A DNA stretch of 64,000 nucleotides. Source: an uncultured Eubacteriales bacterium. Lineage in GTDB: Bacteria; Bacillota; Clostridia; Christensenellales; CAG-1252. Shown piece after piece: positions 63,872 to 64,000 of this stretch. The stretch covers positions 8,753 to 72,752 of the forward strand of contig CADBTQ010000012.1 of assembly GCA_902797685.1 (NCBI GenBank), given 5' to 3'. A program made the position numbers and the translations under genes. How positions within the stretch are numbered: the stretch's first letter is position 1; each line of letters begins with the position of its first letter. Below the pieces are notes generated by a model, which was not told the origin of the DNA, made no database searches, and was given only the letters and a program-made list of their open reading frames with translations.

Positions 63872-64000
63872 ATTTTAGGACTTGATTATTAATGTTTGGC
63901 AGTAAAATACAACGCTTTTTTCATTTTCTCCCTCCTTTCGGTTTCTCTGCCTTTCGGTCGGTCATTGTATCACAGTTCTCGGAAAGGTAAATGGGACGGG

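Noticed and set aside
63889-63924. 11-codon ORF (MKKALYFTAKH) with a strong RBS and promoter
   Set aside because: It is too short to call as a protein gene without conservation or expression data. I mention it only within the att-region finding.

Overview
This 64-kb chromosomal window comes from an endospore-forming, Clostridia-like Bacillota genome. The evidence is a SpoIIE homologue, a V-type ATPase and strong Gram-positive RBSs; the sequence looks moderately GC-rich by eye, which I did not compute. Nearly all of it is coding. I call 44 protein genes, one tmRNA and one tRNA 3' fragment. I found no rRNA, CRISPR array, transposase or integrase ORF.

Layout:
- 1-7492 (-): Enterococcus-type V-ATPase operon in the order F-I-K-E-C-G-A-B, with a Na+-type c-ring signature.
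- 7574-9592 (-): KtrAB-like K+ uptake.
- 9.6-22.7 kb: mixed housekeeping and surface genes, including an HI0933-type flavoprotein, GH2, a Big_2/beta-helix lipoprotein, spoIIE and an S51 peptidase.
- 22774-23121 (+): tmRNA, followed by a degenerate duplicate of its 3' end.
- 24208-29640 (-): 1810-aa MBG-repeat surface protein.
- 29.8-34.3 kb (+): peptidase-like protein, 2-enoate-reductase-like flavoenzyme and a YunG/YcxB-like protein.
- 34342-37587 (-): RHH gene plus clpB.
- 37.8-40.6 kb (+): three SAM-methyltransferases and an HMA metallochaperone behind a consensus promoter.
- 60.3-63.3 kb: cstA and an internally duplicated lipoprotein.
- Right edge: tRNA-Arg(CCU) 3' fragment with flanking direct repeats, which looks like an att site or mobile-element boundary.

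Main finding (40628-57503, minus strand): a translationally coupled operon places a bimodular reductase-terminated NRPS (C-A-T-C-A-T-R, probably an N-acyl dipeptide aldehyde) inside a partner-switching network.
- Components: two transmembrane PP2C-phosphatase/GHKL-kinase hybrid sensors, two STAS domains (one fused to a protein-kinase-like domain), a MATE exporter fused to an RsbW-like kinase domain, and a SpoT-type HD hydrolase.
- No sigma-factor gene is present anywhere in the window.
- I infer sigma-independent, post-translational control of synthesis or export of the metabolite. I do not recognise this as a described system.

All functional calls come from motifs and remembered family signatures read by eye. 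No database search was run.
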